Notes: generated by a model not told the origin, from the sequence alone. Positions 52,175-63,195 are shown, counted from the first letter of the stretch. The stretch is DNA of 64,000 bases from an uncultured virus (IMG/VR IMGVR_UViG_3300037067_008462) (IMGVR_UViG_3300037067_008462), one strand, 5' to 3'. Made by a program: numbers and translations.

Positions 52175-52941
52175 TGGCTCTACAATTATTAAAAGTATTC
52201 ACAAAATCAAATTCGGAAGATAAAGCTCAATCTGTTGTTATTTCCGATGAATCAAGTTTTATTGTTAGTATCCGTCCTACAGAAATTGTATGTATAGATA
52301 GAGCATTAGAAAAGTTTTTTGAAATCATATATGCAAACAGAGGAGTAGAGGTTCGTCAGGGATCTCCCCGCGACAAATTCTCCCATCCCTCTATCTATAT
52401 TGAAGTTCCAACAGTACAAGTAAGATCATTCTTGGGTCAAAGATTAGGACATTCTTCCTCTTCAGACAAATTAACCATCACTGACGTTGTAGATGCTGAC
52501 GGCAACAAAATTGCCAATCTAACAGACATTGCAAACCATGATGCCGTTGTGGACTACCGTGGTAATCTCGCCATAGCCAATGCAAGAATCACAGTTTATA
52601 CAGATAACTTTGATGTAACACAAGAATTATTAAATGAAGTTTATTCTTTAATTATCCACAATGTACCTTACTATATTCATCGTATCAGCCAATATAACGA
52701 TACGGTTCCGGAATCAAAAGATCCTAAAATAGCCGGTCTTGAGATCACAGGTATTTATGAAAAATTTCATGATGAACTATGTGGAGCCAAGCATATTTGG
52801 GCCGTAACTGTAGGGGCAGCTATTCCTTATTTTATTAGAGTTTCAAAATATTATACTTATATTACTGGTATCCATGAAACCGCATATATAGTCGATCCAA
52901 TAACCGACGAAAAGACTCTTATTCACGAACATGATATTTAA
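52174..52941 (+). CDS. Tail terminator/completion protein
   Basis: Directly before the sheath; PSIYIE...ITVYTDN pattern. Confidence 0.55.
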   Translation: MALQLLKVFTKSNSEDKAQSVVISDESSFIVSIRPTEIVCIDRALEKFFEIIYANRGVEVRQGSPRDKFSHPSIYIEVPTVQVRSFLGQRLGHSSSSDKLTITDVVDADGNKIANLTDIANHDAVVDYRGNLAIANARITVYTDNFDVTQELLNEVYSLIIHNVPYYIHRISQYNDTVPESKDPKIAGLEITGIYEKFHDELCGAKHIWAVTVGAAIPYFIRVSKYYTYITGIHETAYIVDPITDEKTLIHEHDI

Positions 52942-53038
52942 TTTTTAAACTTCAGACCAAAAAACTCCATAATTGGATATAGTAAATATGATTGGTTTAT
53001 GGTATTTCATAAACCAAATAATATTTCGAGGACAAAAA

Positions 53039-55186
53039 ATGAGCGATCAGACAAATAGAGTTGTGCCTACAGTCTGGACACAAATTATTAATAAGATCAG
53101 CTATAACATTACTCCTCTCAGCGATACAATCGGAATTGTTGGGCCTGCAAACGGTGGAGCTTTAAATGAAGTTCTTACCTTTACAAATCCCACCAATGCC
53201 CTCTTAGCGTTAGGTTCTTGTCGTATGACAAACCAAATGTTCGCTGCATGGGGCGGTGGTGCAGGCACAATTAAGGTCGTTCGTATCGGTGGAACAGAGA
53301 ATTTTGATTCAGTACTTTATTATGATCATGAAACCTCTCCTGACGTACCGGTTACTTATGATATGACCACCTATATGTCTCAGAGAAATGCAACAAGTGA
53401 TATTGATGCTTTTTATGATACGGTGGTTGCTGAGTTTACACCAGGAACGAGTGATCTTTTTGGTGAAATCGATACTGTTGATGGGGACGTTATCTTTGTT
53501 CGTTCCGATGATCTTTTTGATACTTTAGATATTCGTTTCGGAACTGCTCCTCCTGCGGGAGCTAAGATAGAGGTTGCTTACTATAACGGTGATGTACTTA
53601 ATACTTTCAATGGACACACAGCTTATGCTTTGTTAAAACCATTTGTAGCTAATGATGTTGAAATTTTAGGCGGTGAAGTTACGGTAGGTGGCCTAACTAC
53701 CATTCACCTAGAATGGGATCTAACGAATGTATCAGATTGGGAGCAAACCTCTATTACCGATAGTACCGGATTAGATCATTCTGGTTATATTGTAGCTATT
53801 CGTTGTAGCGAAGCTGGTTCTGTACCCGCTTATTGGGATATCACTAGAATTGCAAGAAGAATAGGTGCTGAAGCACCATTCGTTGCTTTCTATCCCGGTA
53901 CCTTTGATCCTACCACCGGTTATCTTAATGGTGTAACAAATCTACTTCCTCAATGCTTTATGTTAGAAGGATTAACTGCCGGTGAAGACACCATTACGGT
54001 ACAAACCAGATTGGTTGGACCTAAAGTTTATCTAACTATCGAGAAAACTGATTCACTCGGTGTTGTGACTACAGAAATTTATATTCTTAGTCCAGCAATT
54101 GTGTCGAGTCCGTCAGATCATTATGTTTACGATACTGAAGATCTTGTTACTGAAATTAATGCAACTTCTACCATAGTAACAGCAATCGATCTGAGCGGTA
54201 CATATCAAATGTTTGGGTGGGCTACTCCCACTACAGCAATCACGTCCACTTTTGCAGGTGGAAGTAACAATCTGACCGGGCTAACATTAAAGGATTATGC
54301 ACGTGGTCTTGGTTATCTGGCTCGTGAATCTGATGTTTATTGGCTTCTACCGTGTATTCCTGAAGAAGCAATTACAACTTCTAGTGTTATAGATAATAGT
54401 AAATTCCTTGCTATTTTACAATTATTCTATACGCATGTAAACAATCTCAGTACTGGTCTAAACCAGAAACCTCGCGTCTTGATGTCTTGGTTGTCTCCTG
54501 GATATCAAAATGTTGGAACAATCTCAAATTCAAACCTCAATGTTAAAACCGGATCTGCGCGTAGATTGGGTGCTTCAAGTAGGGTTCTGTACGTTGTTCA
54601 AAAACTTGGCTTTGCTGAACTTGAAGGAAGTGGCTCGTTAGCGTATCGTAGAGATTATCTAGCAGCTTACACTGTTGGCAGACTGGCAGGCTTAAATCCG
54701 GCTGTTCCGGCAACTCACAAAACTCTTGAGATTGGAGCCGTCGATATGGCATACGATCTCGATGAGATGGACGTATTAATTCGTAATGGTGTTTTCGCTT
54801 ATACCGATGTCAATGGTATTGGCGTTTGTGTTGGAAAATCGATTACAACCATTTTAAACAATATACTTGCTGCGGTTTCAGCTAGAAGAATTGCAGACAA
54901 GATTGCAGTAGATACAACCGCTCTACTTGAGGGTCGTTATATCGGAAAAGCTCTTGAGACAGGTGTTACAAGCGATATTAAGCGAGACATTGCGGCATTC
55001 CTTGATTCTAAAATCGCGCCAGCGGAAATCGGTGGACTCATCAATGGATATGCTAACGTAATTGCATATCCCGATTCGGTTAATAAAAACAAAGTTCATC
55101 TGAGTTACGATTTGGCAATTAAGACTGACTTAGACTTTATCGACCAAAATATTTATCTAACAAACAATCTAACGGTGAACCTCTAA
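53039..55186 (+). CDS. Contractile tail sheath protein
   Basis: VPTVWTQI...IGIVGPANGG, GAGTIKVVRI, FAGGSN, PATHK, LIRNGV, SITT, RRIAD; GAGG RBS before ATG 53039. Confidence 0.9.
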   Translation: MSDQTNRVVPTVWTQIINKISYNITPLSDTIGIVGPANGGALNEVLTFTNPTNALLALGSCRMTNQMFAAWGGGAGTIKVVRIGGTENFDSVLYYDHETSPDVPVTYDMTTYMSQRNATSDIDAFYDTVVAEFTPGTSDLFGEIDTVDGDVIFVRSDDLFDTLDIRFGTAPPAGAKIEVAYYNGDVLNTFNGHTAYALLKPFVANDVEILGGEVTVGGLTTIHLEWDLTNVSDWEQTSITDSTGLDHSGYIVAIRCSEAGSVPAYWDITRIARRIGAEAPFVAFYPGTFDPTTGYLNGVTNLLPQCFMLEGLTAGEDTITVQTRLVGPKVYLTIEKTDSLGVVTTEIYILSPAIVSSPSDHYVYDTEDLVTEINATSTIVTAIDLSGTYQMFGWATPTTAITSTFAGGSNNLTGLTLKDYARGLGYLARESDVYWLLPCIPEEAITTSSVIDNSKFLAILQLFYTHVNNLSTGLNQKPRVLMSWLSPGYQNVGTISNSNLNVKTGSARRLGASSRVLYVVQKLGFAELEGSGSLAYRRDYLAAYTVGRLAGLNPAVPATHKTLEIGAVDMAYDLDEMDVLIRNGVFAYTDVNGIGVCVGKSITTILNNILAAVSARRIADKIAVDTTALLEGRYIGKALETGVTSDIKRDIAAFLDSKIAPAEIGGLINGYANVIAYPDSVNKNKVHLSYDLAIKTDLDFIDQNIYLTNNLTVNL

Positions 55187-55198
55187 GGAGTCTAGAAC

Positions 55199-55630
55199 AT
55201 GGCTGATATCGGATTTCCTGTTTCTGGTAGTTTAGTCGAGATTATATATGAAGGAACCCCTATCGCTTACGGTCAGGGGTTAAAGCTTGATATGAAAGTG
55301 GATTATAAGCCTGTACGCCAGTTAGGACGCATATATCCTGTAACATTTGTTATTAACTTTGTTACGGTTAGCGGCGGTTTCTCTATCGCTGACACAGCAG
55401 CCGCAAATTGGTTGCAAGTTATAACAGATCAAATCGATTCCTCAAGCACGTCTTCTGATCCTAGTCAATGGGGTTCTTTCTGTCTGAGGGCTATCGCCGG
55501 TAATAATGACGCTCCTACCTATACTGTTACAAATGTAAGGTTTGTTGATTTGTCTCCGACTGTAGATATTAGTGGAAACTTACTAGAAACCACTATTACT
55601 TTTGTAGGATTGAGACTTAAATCTGAATAA
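55199..55630 (+). CDS. Tail tube protein
   Basis: 143 aa directly after the sheath; PVRQLG..YP motif. Confidence 0.8.
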   Translation: MADIGFPVSGSLVEIIYEGTPIAYGQGLKLDMKVDYKPVRQLGRIYPVTFVINFVTVSGGFSIADTAAANWLQVITDQIDSSSTSSDPSQWGSFCLRAIAGNNDAPTYTVTNVRFVDLSPTVDISGNLLETTITFVGLRLKSE

Positions 55631-55647
55631 AAAATTGGAGAAATAGA

Positions 55648-56040
55648 GTGCCGAATACGGTAACTTATGAGGATGATTCAGGCACACACGAATTCATCAT
55701 TAAAGATGAACCACTAACTGTTGGAGAATATATTCAGATAGGGGTTTATCGAGATCAACTAATCGAATATTACGGGGGGAATCCCCTGAAAAGTTCGAGA
55801 GAAACGCTAGAAGTAGCGGCTCAAGCAGCGAAAGCGTATATTGTCACGTTGAAGGGGCTGTTACCCGAATACAAAGGATCAGCCCCTGCCTTTTTATTTT
55901 CGCAAAAACTTCTCACTAAACCAACTATGGAATTATTAATTAAAACTCCACCTAAACTTATCTCATTTATTCTTAAATCTTACGATCAATTAGCGGAACC
56001 TCCAATCGCTAATAACATGGATGATGCTAAAAAAAAATAG
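55648..56040 (+). CDS. Tail assembly chaperone (G-like)
   Basis: Follows the tube; ends in an A9 slippery run (56029-56037) then TAG. Confidence 0.75.
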   Translation: MPNTVTYEDDSGTHEFIIKDEPLTVGEYIQIGVYRDQLIEYYGGNPLKSSRETLEVAAQAAKAYIVTLKGLLPEYKGSAPAFLFSQKLLTKPTMELLIKTPPKLISFILKSYDQLAEPPIANNMDDAKKK

Positions 56041-56252
56041 CAAATTCTCCATTGTTATATAGATTATTAGATATAGCATTTGTTAAAAATATTCTTCCTT
56101 TTGATTGTTCTAACATATATTCCATGCGTTACGATCATTTTCTTCTTTATCTAGCGCATCACAATTTCAGCGTCAAACAGCAAGAAGAAAGAATTAGTAG
56201 GGCAAGAAAAATTAGAGAAAATTCACCAATGAAAATGGCTGGATGGAGATAA
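56029..56252 (+). CDS. Tail assembly chaperone -1 frameshift extension (GT-like)
   Basis: The -1 frame is open from the A run (IANSPLLYRLL...) to 56252. Confidence 0.7.
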
Positions 56253-56261
56253 GATAAATAT

Positions 56262-57902
56262 ATGGCTCAAGGAAATATCGGTACTACTGTCGATATTAAT
56301 ATATTTAGTGATTTAGGTAGAGTTTTTTCGCAAATAGAACTCTCCCAATCCGAAGCTTTGTCTCGTTCAGAAGAAGCTTTAGAAAAAGTTTCTGTTACAC
56401 AACCTCAGATCGAAGAACATATTCCGGAGGTTGCACAACCCACACATTCAATTGGAGACCTTTTATCTGAAAGTATTTCATCTAGAGAACAAAAAGAATT
56501 AACTATATCTAATTGGTTGCGGGATACACTTCGAAGCTCTATCTCTTTACCATCCCCCCCTGTTTCAAATATACAAGAACTAGAATTAAAAGACCTTCTT
56601 CCTAATATCACAAGATCAGATTTTCCTCTAATAGACATGATGTTAAATAGAGGAGATTATGGAGTAGAAAGTAAGCAGTACGGATTATGGGAAGAAAACA
56701 TAAGAGAAAGACTTGATTACAACGTAGAAAGATATACTGTAGAACAAAAAGCATTCGAAGTTCCAGAATTTGAAAAAGCAGAAGAGAGAGAGCCTTTTGT
56801 AATTCCGGAAGTAGCGACAGCTAAAGAATTAGTCATGGAATTGTTTCATGACATTGCTTCGAAAGGTTTTACACATCAATGGAATTTTCCAGCCGAATCA
56901 TATAAATTCGATTATGAAGAATATGTCCTGACTCCCGAAAAACAGAGAACATTCGAAGTTCCTATATTTGAAAACGGCGTAATAGAGTATTCTCTTCCAC
57001 AAGAAGATGAACTCAAGGCTATGTCTTTTGAGACTCCTGTTTTTGAAACAAAAAGTAATGATTATTCTTTATATGAAATTTCAGACGAGAAAAGTAGAGC
57101 AATTGAAATTGATTTGCCAAATTACGAAAGTCAAACTTCTATTACACTACCGGAAATTGAAACTTTAACTCAAAAAACATTTGATCTTTCAAATGTCATC
57201 GAAGAGGTTCAAAGAGCAGAAACTGTTTTGCCTCAAATTACGGAAGAGAACGCCAGAGAATATCAACCTATAGAGTATGGTACGTCTGAAGTTAATGTTG
57301 TGCTACCCGAATTAACAACTGAGAATGCTAAATCATATTCTCTAGCTGAATTCCAAGAACAGCCAGTATTGATGGATCTGACGCCACTTCAACCCTCCTC
57401 TTATACATTTAATTTAGAAACCCCAGAATTTCCGGTTTCAGAGATGTCTCTTTCCATTCCTGATCTTGCACCATTTAATCCAACTCAAATATCTCTTGAA
57501 CCTCTATCTCTTTCTTCGAATCCACTTCAATTACAAGAAATAGGTTTTGAATATCCTAGAGCAGAGATCCCTAATGTAGACTTACCGCAAACAGAAAGAT
57601 TAGATCTTGCTATGCCAGAACTGGCCGCACTAGAGAGAATGGAAGTTGCTATCCCAGAATTAGCACAAGAAAAAAGAGGAGAAATAGAAGTAAACACAGA
57701 AGAAATGTTCCAGGGTTATCGACCTCCAAGATCATTCGAGTTTCAAACGGATGATTTTAGAAGTTATTCTTCATTTGACTCTGAAATAGAAGCAATATTC
57801 AACGTTCAGGCAGCACAACAAGCTTCTCGTCCACATGAATTACCGTCACAGGCTAACAATCAAATCCAAAATACCATAGGTTATGGGAGAAGAACTCCGT
57901 GA
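56262..57902 (+). CDS. Acidic Glu/Pro-rich protein in the tape-measure position
   Basis: Follows the chaperone pair and precedes the hub; quasi-repetitive LP[EQ]/PxF motifs. Confidence 0.45.
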   Translation: MAQGNIGTTVDINIFSDLGRVFSQIELSQSEALSRSEEALEKVSVTQPQIEEHIPEVAQPTHSIGDLLSESISSREQKELTISNWLRDTLRSSISLPSPPVSNIQELELKDLLPNITRSDFPLIDMMLNRGDYGVESKQYGLWEENIRERLDYNVERYTVEQKAFEVPEFEKAEEREPFVIPEVATAKELVMELFHDIASKGFTHQWNFPAESYKFDYEEYVLTPEKQRTFEVPIFENGVIEYSLPQEDELKAMSFETPVFETKSNDYSLYEISDEKSRAIEIDLPNYESQTSITLPEIETLTQKTFDLSNVIEEVQRAETVLPQITEENAREYQPIEYGTSEVNVVLPELTTENAKSYSLAEFQEQPVLMDLTPLQPSSYTFNLETPEFPVSEMSLSIPDLAPFNPTQISLEPLSLSSNPLQLQEIGFEYPRAEIPNVDLPQTERLDLAMPELAALERMEVAIPELAQEKRGEIEVNTEEMFQGYRPPRSFEFQTDDFRSYSSFDSEIEAIFNVQAAQQASRPHELPSQANNQIQNTIGYGRRTP

Positions 57903-59692
57903 GTCCTGTTTCTCGATCATCTGCCACAATATCTTCTAATATTCAACCATCCAGTACGATTGTAATCATGAACAATATTATTGTAGATAATGTGGTTGAA
58001 GTTGAAGTTAAGAAAAATATGATGAACATTAACCCTCGCGGTATTATTGATACACATCTCGACGGCAAAGAATTTATGCCAGGAACTGCAATTGTTAGAA
58101 CAACAAGTAATATTGAAGATTTTTTTAGATTAAATACACCATTTATTATAGCTAATAAAGTCACAGATTCCAATCAAATTGCCGCTTCACTTGCTGCTCT
58201 ATCTTATATGCCTTTAACTAAATATAATGAAAAAGTAGCCGGTGTAAAATTAATGGCTACTGTAGGTGCCGGATTTCTTCCTATCTTTATTGGTGTTTGT
58301 GCTGGATTACAAACAGTCTTCGTGAATAGCGCGGATTATGTTGGCTATGAATACATTATTGGAGCCTTCGATCTTAGTCTTTTCCTTATGCAACCATATA
58401 ACAATCAACCAGTAAATTTTGTCGCTAAAAAGATTATAGATCCAAGTAGTTTCCCAGATCCTCCCAAGTATTCAGTACCTAAAGAATATATGGATCATAC
58501 TTCCTCTAATGGAATGGTAGATATACCGATGGTGGGAAGACAACCTTTTGTGTGTACTGCCATTGCGGAATTTCTCGATAAATGCCCTCAATACAGAAGT
58601 TATGTAAAAAACACTACAAGTCCATTAAAGATGGTCACCGATACTCTTACCCCTCTTGTTTCTGGTACAGAACCAATGGATATTCCTAAGATAATCGGAT
58701 TAAAGCAATCAGCTTTATTAAAAGTACCTATTGAGAAATTTGAAGCCCAGACTGAAGCTGTACCTGTAACTTTCCTGGAAAGCGTAACAAGATTTGGTGT
58801 TTCGGGAAGATTTGCACCCAGTACTCCTGTGCCAGAAAATCTGAATTGGCATTATCTTTTAGGGGTGATTACTCCCGGTCCATTTTATGAAACGTTCATA
58901 AGAGAAGATACAGGAGAATTCGTTTTTAGAAGAGCCGGATGGATAAACAACAAGGGTGGTTTTCCGAGACAGAAATTTCAGAATCCTCCTGTCCCTATTA
59001 TAATTCCTAGACACAGCGTAATGACCCATCAAAAACTTTGGGGTGGAAAAATGGGTGAAAACGCACTAATCAGTGCGTTTGGAGAATTTAGTGTTAACCT
59101 GCATCAATATGTCGCCACAGGAAGAATTGGGCCGCAGAATATAGATAAATTTGGAACAAGTAGTTTAACATCTAGACCTTTTGATAACGTAGACTCATTC
59201 AGCAATGATGGCAACATAAACATGGGTACACGTAATAATCCTCTAACTTTTACAGATGTTTTTTGTGCCTCAGATTATTTCAAACTTAGTGATGAGCTTA
59301 AAACTTTCAGTTGGGGAGCCAAAACAGGCTTGCTTCCAGGACCACCAAGATTAAGGAAACGATATACAGATAATCTTCCTAAAATGTTATCTTGGATAGC
59401 TAAATATCAGCATACGTATCCTTTTGTTATGTTTTTAGGATTTAATAATTACTTTATGGCCCCTCTGGGCGCTCCATTATCTCTTCCCTTGGCGGCATCT
59501 CCCGCTTCTCTGGCGGGGTTAACCAGTATTGCATCTGCCGCAAATAATCCTTTTGTTTCTTTAGAAGCAGCTAGTTCATATAGAATAATAGGAAAAATTT
59601 ATAAAAAATCTATGAGAAAGGATGGATCGTTTTCCGAAGAGTATTATCTATTGTTAGGTAATACTGTTCCGGGATTCGTAATGAATAAATAA
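57899..59692 (+). CDS. Probable baseplate hub protein
   Basis: Position; PIFIG and FYETFIREDTGEFVFR motifs. Confidence 0.55.
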   Translation: MSPVSRSSATISSNIQPSSTIVIMNNIIVDNVVEVEVKKNMMNINPRGIIDTHLDGKEFMPGTAIVRTTSNIEDFFRLNTPFIIANKVTDSNQIAASLAALSYMPLTKYNEKVAGVKLMATVGAGFLPIFIGVCAGLQTVFVNSADYVGYEYIIGAFDLSLFLMQPYNNQPVNFVAKKIIDPSSFPDPPKYSVPKEYMDHTSSNGMVDIPMVGRQPFVCTAIAEFLDKCPQYRSYVKNTTSPLKMVTDTLTPLVSGTEPMDIPKIIGLKQSALLKVPIEKFEAQTEAVPVTFLESVTRFGVSGRFAPSTPVPENLNWHYLLGVITPGPFYETFIREDTGEFVFRRAGWINNKGGFPRQKFQNPPVPIIIPRHSVMTHQKLWGGKMGENALISAFGEFSVNLHQYVATGRIGPQNIDKFGTSSLTSRPFDNVDSFSNDGNINMGTRNNPLTFTDVFCASDYFKLSDELKTFSWGAKTGLLPGPPRLRKRYTDNLPKMLSWIAKYQHTYPFVMFLGFNNYFMAPLGAPLSLPLAASPASLAGLTSIASAANNPFVSLEAASSYRIIGKIYKKSMRKDGSFSEEYYLLLGNTVPGFVMNK

Positions 59693-61819
59693 ATGATTAC
59701 TGTTTGTAGAGTTGTCGCAGTTAATCCTGAAACTCAAACGGTTGATATTCTGCGTGAATCACATTATACTCAATGGGTAGAAGGAAACCTAGCCGAAACC
59801 GTGAGTATTATAGAAGGAGTTCCTTATGGATCTCCTAACATACAAGATTATGGGCTTCCTTATGTGTGGGGGTTTTTAAAGTCTAACGATATAAAAATCA
59901 ATAATTTCTTTTATAATTCTGTAAATAACTATGGCCCAAATTTCCATTTTGGAAGAAATGCGTCTCCAGCATATTTCAAACAAATTCATGAAAAATATTA
60001 TAAAGGAAAGGGTTCGAACCCTAAAACTGTTACAGGAGGAACGGCCTTCCGTCCTTCTGAAGGTTCATTAGCTTTATATTATGTAGAAGCAAACGTTATT
60101 ATTGGTTTTGTAGGCACCAGTGCTTACGCTGCCTTGATTCGAGATCCTTATGTTGCCCCAAATACGAAAGACACAACCGCAGGCTCTATCTTTGATCGTG
60201 GATACCAAGAAATATTAGAAATGGAGGAAGGGAACAAAGAAGAAGACTTTGAAAACATTATTAGAGGATCTCACAGCACATTAGGATATCATAGCACATT
60301 AAAATTAAAAATCGAAGATGAGAAAAGATTAATTGATGAATATGGTCCTCCTGATTATCGACACAACACATATCCTGTCATGAGTCCCTATGTATATCAT
60401 CAAAATATCAATATGGCTCATCCAGAAGAATTAGTTGATCAATACAGAAGATTTAAACAAAACGAATACAAAAGACTAAGCGATATCTATAATACTTCAG
60501 TTGAAGATATAAGAACCAAAGCCAAAAAGGGAAGTGTCTTACCGAATCTCTACGATAGTACACTACTCTTTGATGATGGCTTTGAATATAATCCGACAAA
60601 ACATTTTGTTTCTTTCTCTAATATGTCTTTAGATAACGAAGATATCTTTGAAAATTATGGAGAAGAGATAGATGGTGATGCTCAATTTGCTTACGAAGAT
60701 GTAAATTACCATATTGCTCCTGAATCAGGTATTAAACACTTTAGAGACGGAAAGATCCTAATCTATGCCGACACATATAACACCTTCGCTGATTTTACTA
60801 AACCTACAAACTACGAAGAGTATTTTAAAGAGAATTTTGAAGATTCAGAATTTTACAACAAAACATCATGGACTAGTCCCCTTGAGGAATATAGGGCCAA
60901 TAACGAAAACTATGTTAAATATCTTTTGGGAGAAGATGTTTCTGAAGATTTTCTTTATAAATTTGACCAATACAATGCAGATAAATTTGAGATAGAGGGT
61001 GAAAGAGAAATTGTTTCCTTTGATGAAAGAGGGGCTTATATTGTCGTAGACTCTGTGTATACAGAGATTTCTTCCGACACAAGAAAAGGTGGATATTTAT
61101 TTTTTAAATCATCGAAAAAATATGATCTTGCTAGAGAATACGAAAAGAAAACTGTTTTCTGTGGATTCGAAACCCTTAATCAGATCTTAGGAATCAATAA
61201 AACGGGAACTTCGACAATAACCAACTCTTCAGGTACATATTGTTTTGAACACAATCTTGATAGCAAATATGCCTATGAAGTCCTGACTGATTCAAAAATT
61301 CAAGAAGGCACACAAGCCTTAGAAACCCCTCTTTATGGTGTAAAAACATTTAGGGAACATCATCTTTCTATTGAATCGATTGCTCTTGAATCCAAACGGT
61401 CCGGTGGTTTACCTCATAATGCCGGAGTTTATATTGGTTCTAGTAGACAGGGATCTTTTGCAAGCGAAAACAACATTAACGATGGAGGTTGTGTTTATAT
61501 TCGTGCAGGAATTACAAATCCTGTAGGAGGAGATTTGATTTCCACTACAATGTGGCCTGAATCTAATCAGGGTGGAAGAATCGTACTAGATGCTCATGAG
61601 ATTCAATTGAACGCTAATAGAATTTTATTCGGACAGACCAGAATGGATCAAGAATTAAAAATGTCACAGATAAACCTAGCATCATTCCTATTAAACCTAA
61701 TTCCAGCAGAAGGCCAAACAGTTTCAAAGGTTGGAGACCTTATTTATCAGAAATATCCCATTCAAAACAAATTCAGTATGAGAAATTTTGCTCCAAGCAC
61801 CGGTATCAAAGATGGTTAA
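59693..61819 (+). CDS. Probable baseplate central spike (gp5/gpV-like N-terminal OB fold)
   Basis: CRVVAVNPETQTVDI...P.EGS...IIG; C-terminal GRIVLDAHEIQLNA. Confidence 0.6.
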   Translation: MITVCRVVAVNPETQTVDILRESHYTQWVEGNLAETVSIIEGVPYGSPNIQDYGLPYVWGFLKSNDIKINNFFYNSVNNYGPNFHFGRNASPAYFKQIHEKYYKGKGSNPKTVTGGTAFRPSEGSLALYYVEANVIIGFVGTSAYAALIRDPYVAPNTKDTTAGSIFDRGYQEILEMEEGNKEEDFENIIRGSHSTLGYHSTLKLKIEDEKRLIDEYGPPDYRHNTYPVMSPYVYHQNINMAHPEELVDQYRRFKQNEYKRLSDIYNTSVEDIRTKAKKGSVLPNLYDSTLLFDDGFEYNPTKHFVSFSNMSLDNEDIFENYGEEIDGDAQFAYEDVNYHIAPESGIKHFRDGKILIYADTYNTFADFTKPTNYEEYFKENFEDSEFYNKTSWTSPLEEYRANNENYVKYLLGEDVSEDFLYKFDQYNADKFEIEGEREIVSFDERGAYIVVDSVYTEISSDTRKGGYLFFKSSKKYDLAREYEKKTVFCGFETLNQILGINKTGTSTITNSSGTYCFEHNLDSKYAYEVLTDSKIQEGTQALETPLYGVKTFREHHLSIESIALESKRSGGLPHNAGVYIGSSRQGSFASENNINDGGCVYIRAGITNPVGGDLISTTMWPESNQGGRIVLDAHEIQLNANRILFGQTRMDQELKMSQINLASFLLNLIPAEGQTVSKVGDLIYQKYPIQNKFSMRNFAPSTGIKDG

Positions 61820-62264
61820 AATAACAAATACACACAATAAAAATTTGATATTAGATTTCGCTCAATTATATAGCCTTAATGGGAAAAATAAAGTTATAAT
61901 ATCAGATTATAGCACATTGCGTGTACAAACCTATGGACCAAAATTATCTAGGTTAGAAGTAATTGGTTATTTCTCAATTCCCGCCTATAACAATAAAAAT
62001 GGAACACAAAATCTTAAAGATATGTTAAATTTCTTTAAAACAAGTAAGGATGGAAATAAAACTACACAGTTTATGGTTAGTATTGTGCAAAATCAATCTT
62101 CTGATGCTATAACATCAAAAGAAAAATTACCGAAATTCAGGGGGGTAATTGAAAAGATCAAAGTCTCAATGGAACTCGAAGATACATACTTGATTCACTA
62201 CTCTATCTCTTTTCTCGTTTATCCTTTCAATAAACTCACATCTTCAATAAGGGACGTATATTAA
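61788..62264 (+). CDS. Probable baseplate/tube-initiator protein
   Basis: Position; VQTYG...I.G...YSISF pattern. Confidence 0.45.
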   Translation: MLQAPVSKMVKITNTHNKNLILDFAQLYSLNGKNKVIISDYSTLRVQTYGPKLSRLEVIGYFSIPAYNNKNGTQNLKDMLNFFKTSKDGNKTTQFMVSIVQNQSSDAITSKEKLPKFRGVIEKIKVSMELEDTYLIHYSISFLVYPFNKLTSSIRDVY

Positions 62265-62782
62265 TGCAAATTGATGATGGAGTAAGAACTTGGCTTATCA
62301 CAACAGATAGTTTTACCAAAAAGGATAAAAACGTATATTTTCCTTATGTTCAAAGTTTTGTAATAGAAAGAAGATTCTTAATGTCTTCAGGTGAAGGTCT
62401 CGATGGCTCTTATGCTACAACATGGAGAGAAAGTTTTGATGTTATTACTGTAATATGTTTACAACCTATTAATGATAATAGTCAAGGTAGTATTATGACT
62501 ATGTTAGATGAGATAGAGCCTTTGAGTAAAATAACTCGCATTGGACAAGAATTTGCTCAGATTAGATGTGTACTGAATAAAGATGATACAAGTTATAATA
62601 TTTTTAAATACTATATTATTCCGATAGCTCATGGTATTCAAAGAAGCGCAGACGAACAGATTTTAGAGGCAACTTTTACGTTTGTTGGCTCCGAAGATAG
62701 AATGGCAGTAAACGGTTATTTAATGAATAACTATGGAAGTAGAACCGCTGTACCTATCACTAGCGGGAAGTTTCAGGTATAA
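62264..62782 (+). CDS. Probable baseplate protein
   Basis: Position in the baseplate module. Confidence 0.45.
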   Translation: MQIDDGVRTWLITTDSFTKKDKNVYFPYVQSFVIERRFLMSSGEGLDGSYATTWRESFDVITVICLQPINDNSQGSIMTMLDEIEPLSKITRIGQEFAQIRCVLNKDDTSYNIFKYYIIPIAHGIQRSADEQILEATFTFVGSEDRMAVNGYLMNNYGSRTAVPITSGKFQV

Positions 62783-62784
62783 AT

Positions 62785-63195
62785 ATGACAAATCTAGAAA
62801 CCATACAACAAATTTCGGATACGATTAATGCTAACGCCATACCTTATGATGACGGTGAAAACGAAAAATATGTTATTTCCGATTACACAAGCTTTTATAA
62901 TGCTATAACGCAATTTGAAAGTTTAAGTATTGCAGAAACCGATAGTAGCTATAATAATTATTTAGATTTAAAAATACTAATTGGTAAAATCCTTGCAACA
63001 TTTAAAGACGAACCAAGTAACAAAGCAGGGGTAAAATTAATTAACTATGATAATAGTCGAAATACATTAACCATAGCTAATGATTATTGGTCATATAGTG
63101 ATTCAATAAATTATCTATACCTTATTAATCACGCTAATACAGATTTTGAAATATATTCTTCTGGTTACATAATTGTACCGTTAGGTACCGAATAG
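62785..63195 (+). CDS. Probable baseplate protein with a LysM-like C-terminus
   Basis: TLTIANDYW...LYLIN...G.IIVP. Confidence 0.45.
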   Translation: MTNLETIQQISDTINANAIPYDDGENEKYVISDYTSFYNAITQFESLSIAETDSSYNNYLDLKILIGKILATFKDEPSNKAGVKLINYDNSRNTLTIANDYWSYSDSINYLYLINHANTDFEIYSSGYIIVPLGTE

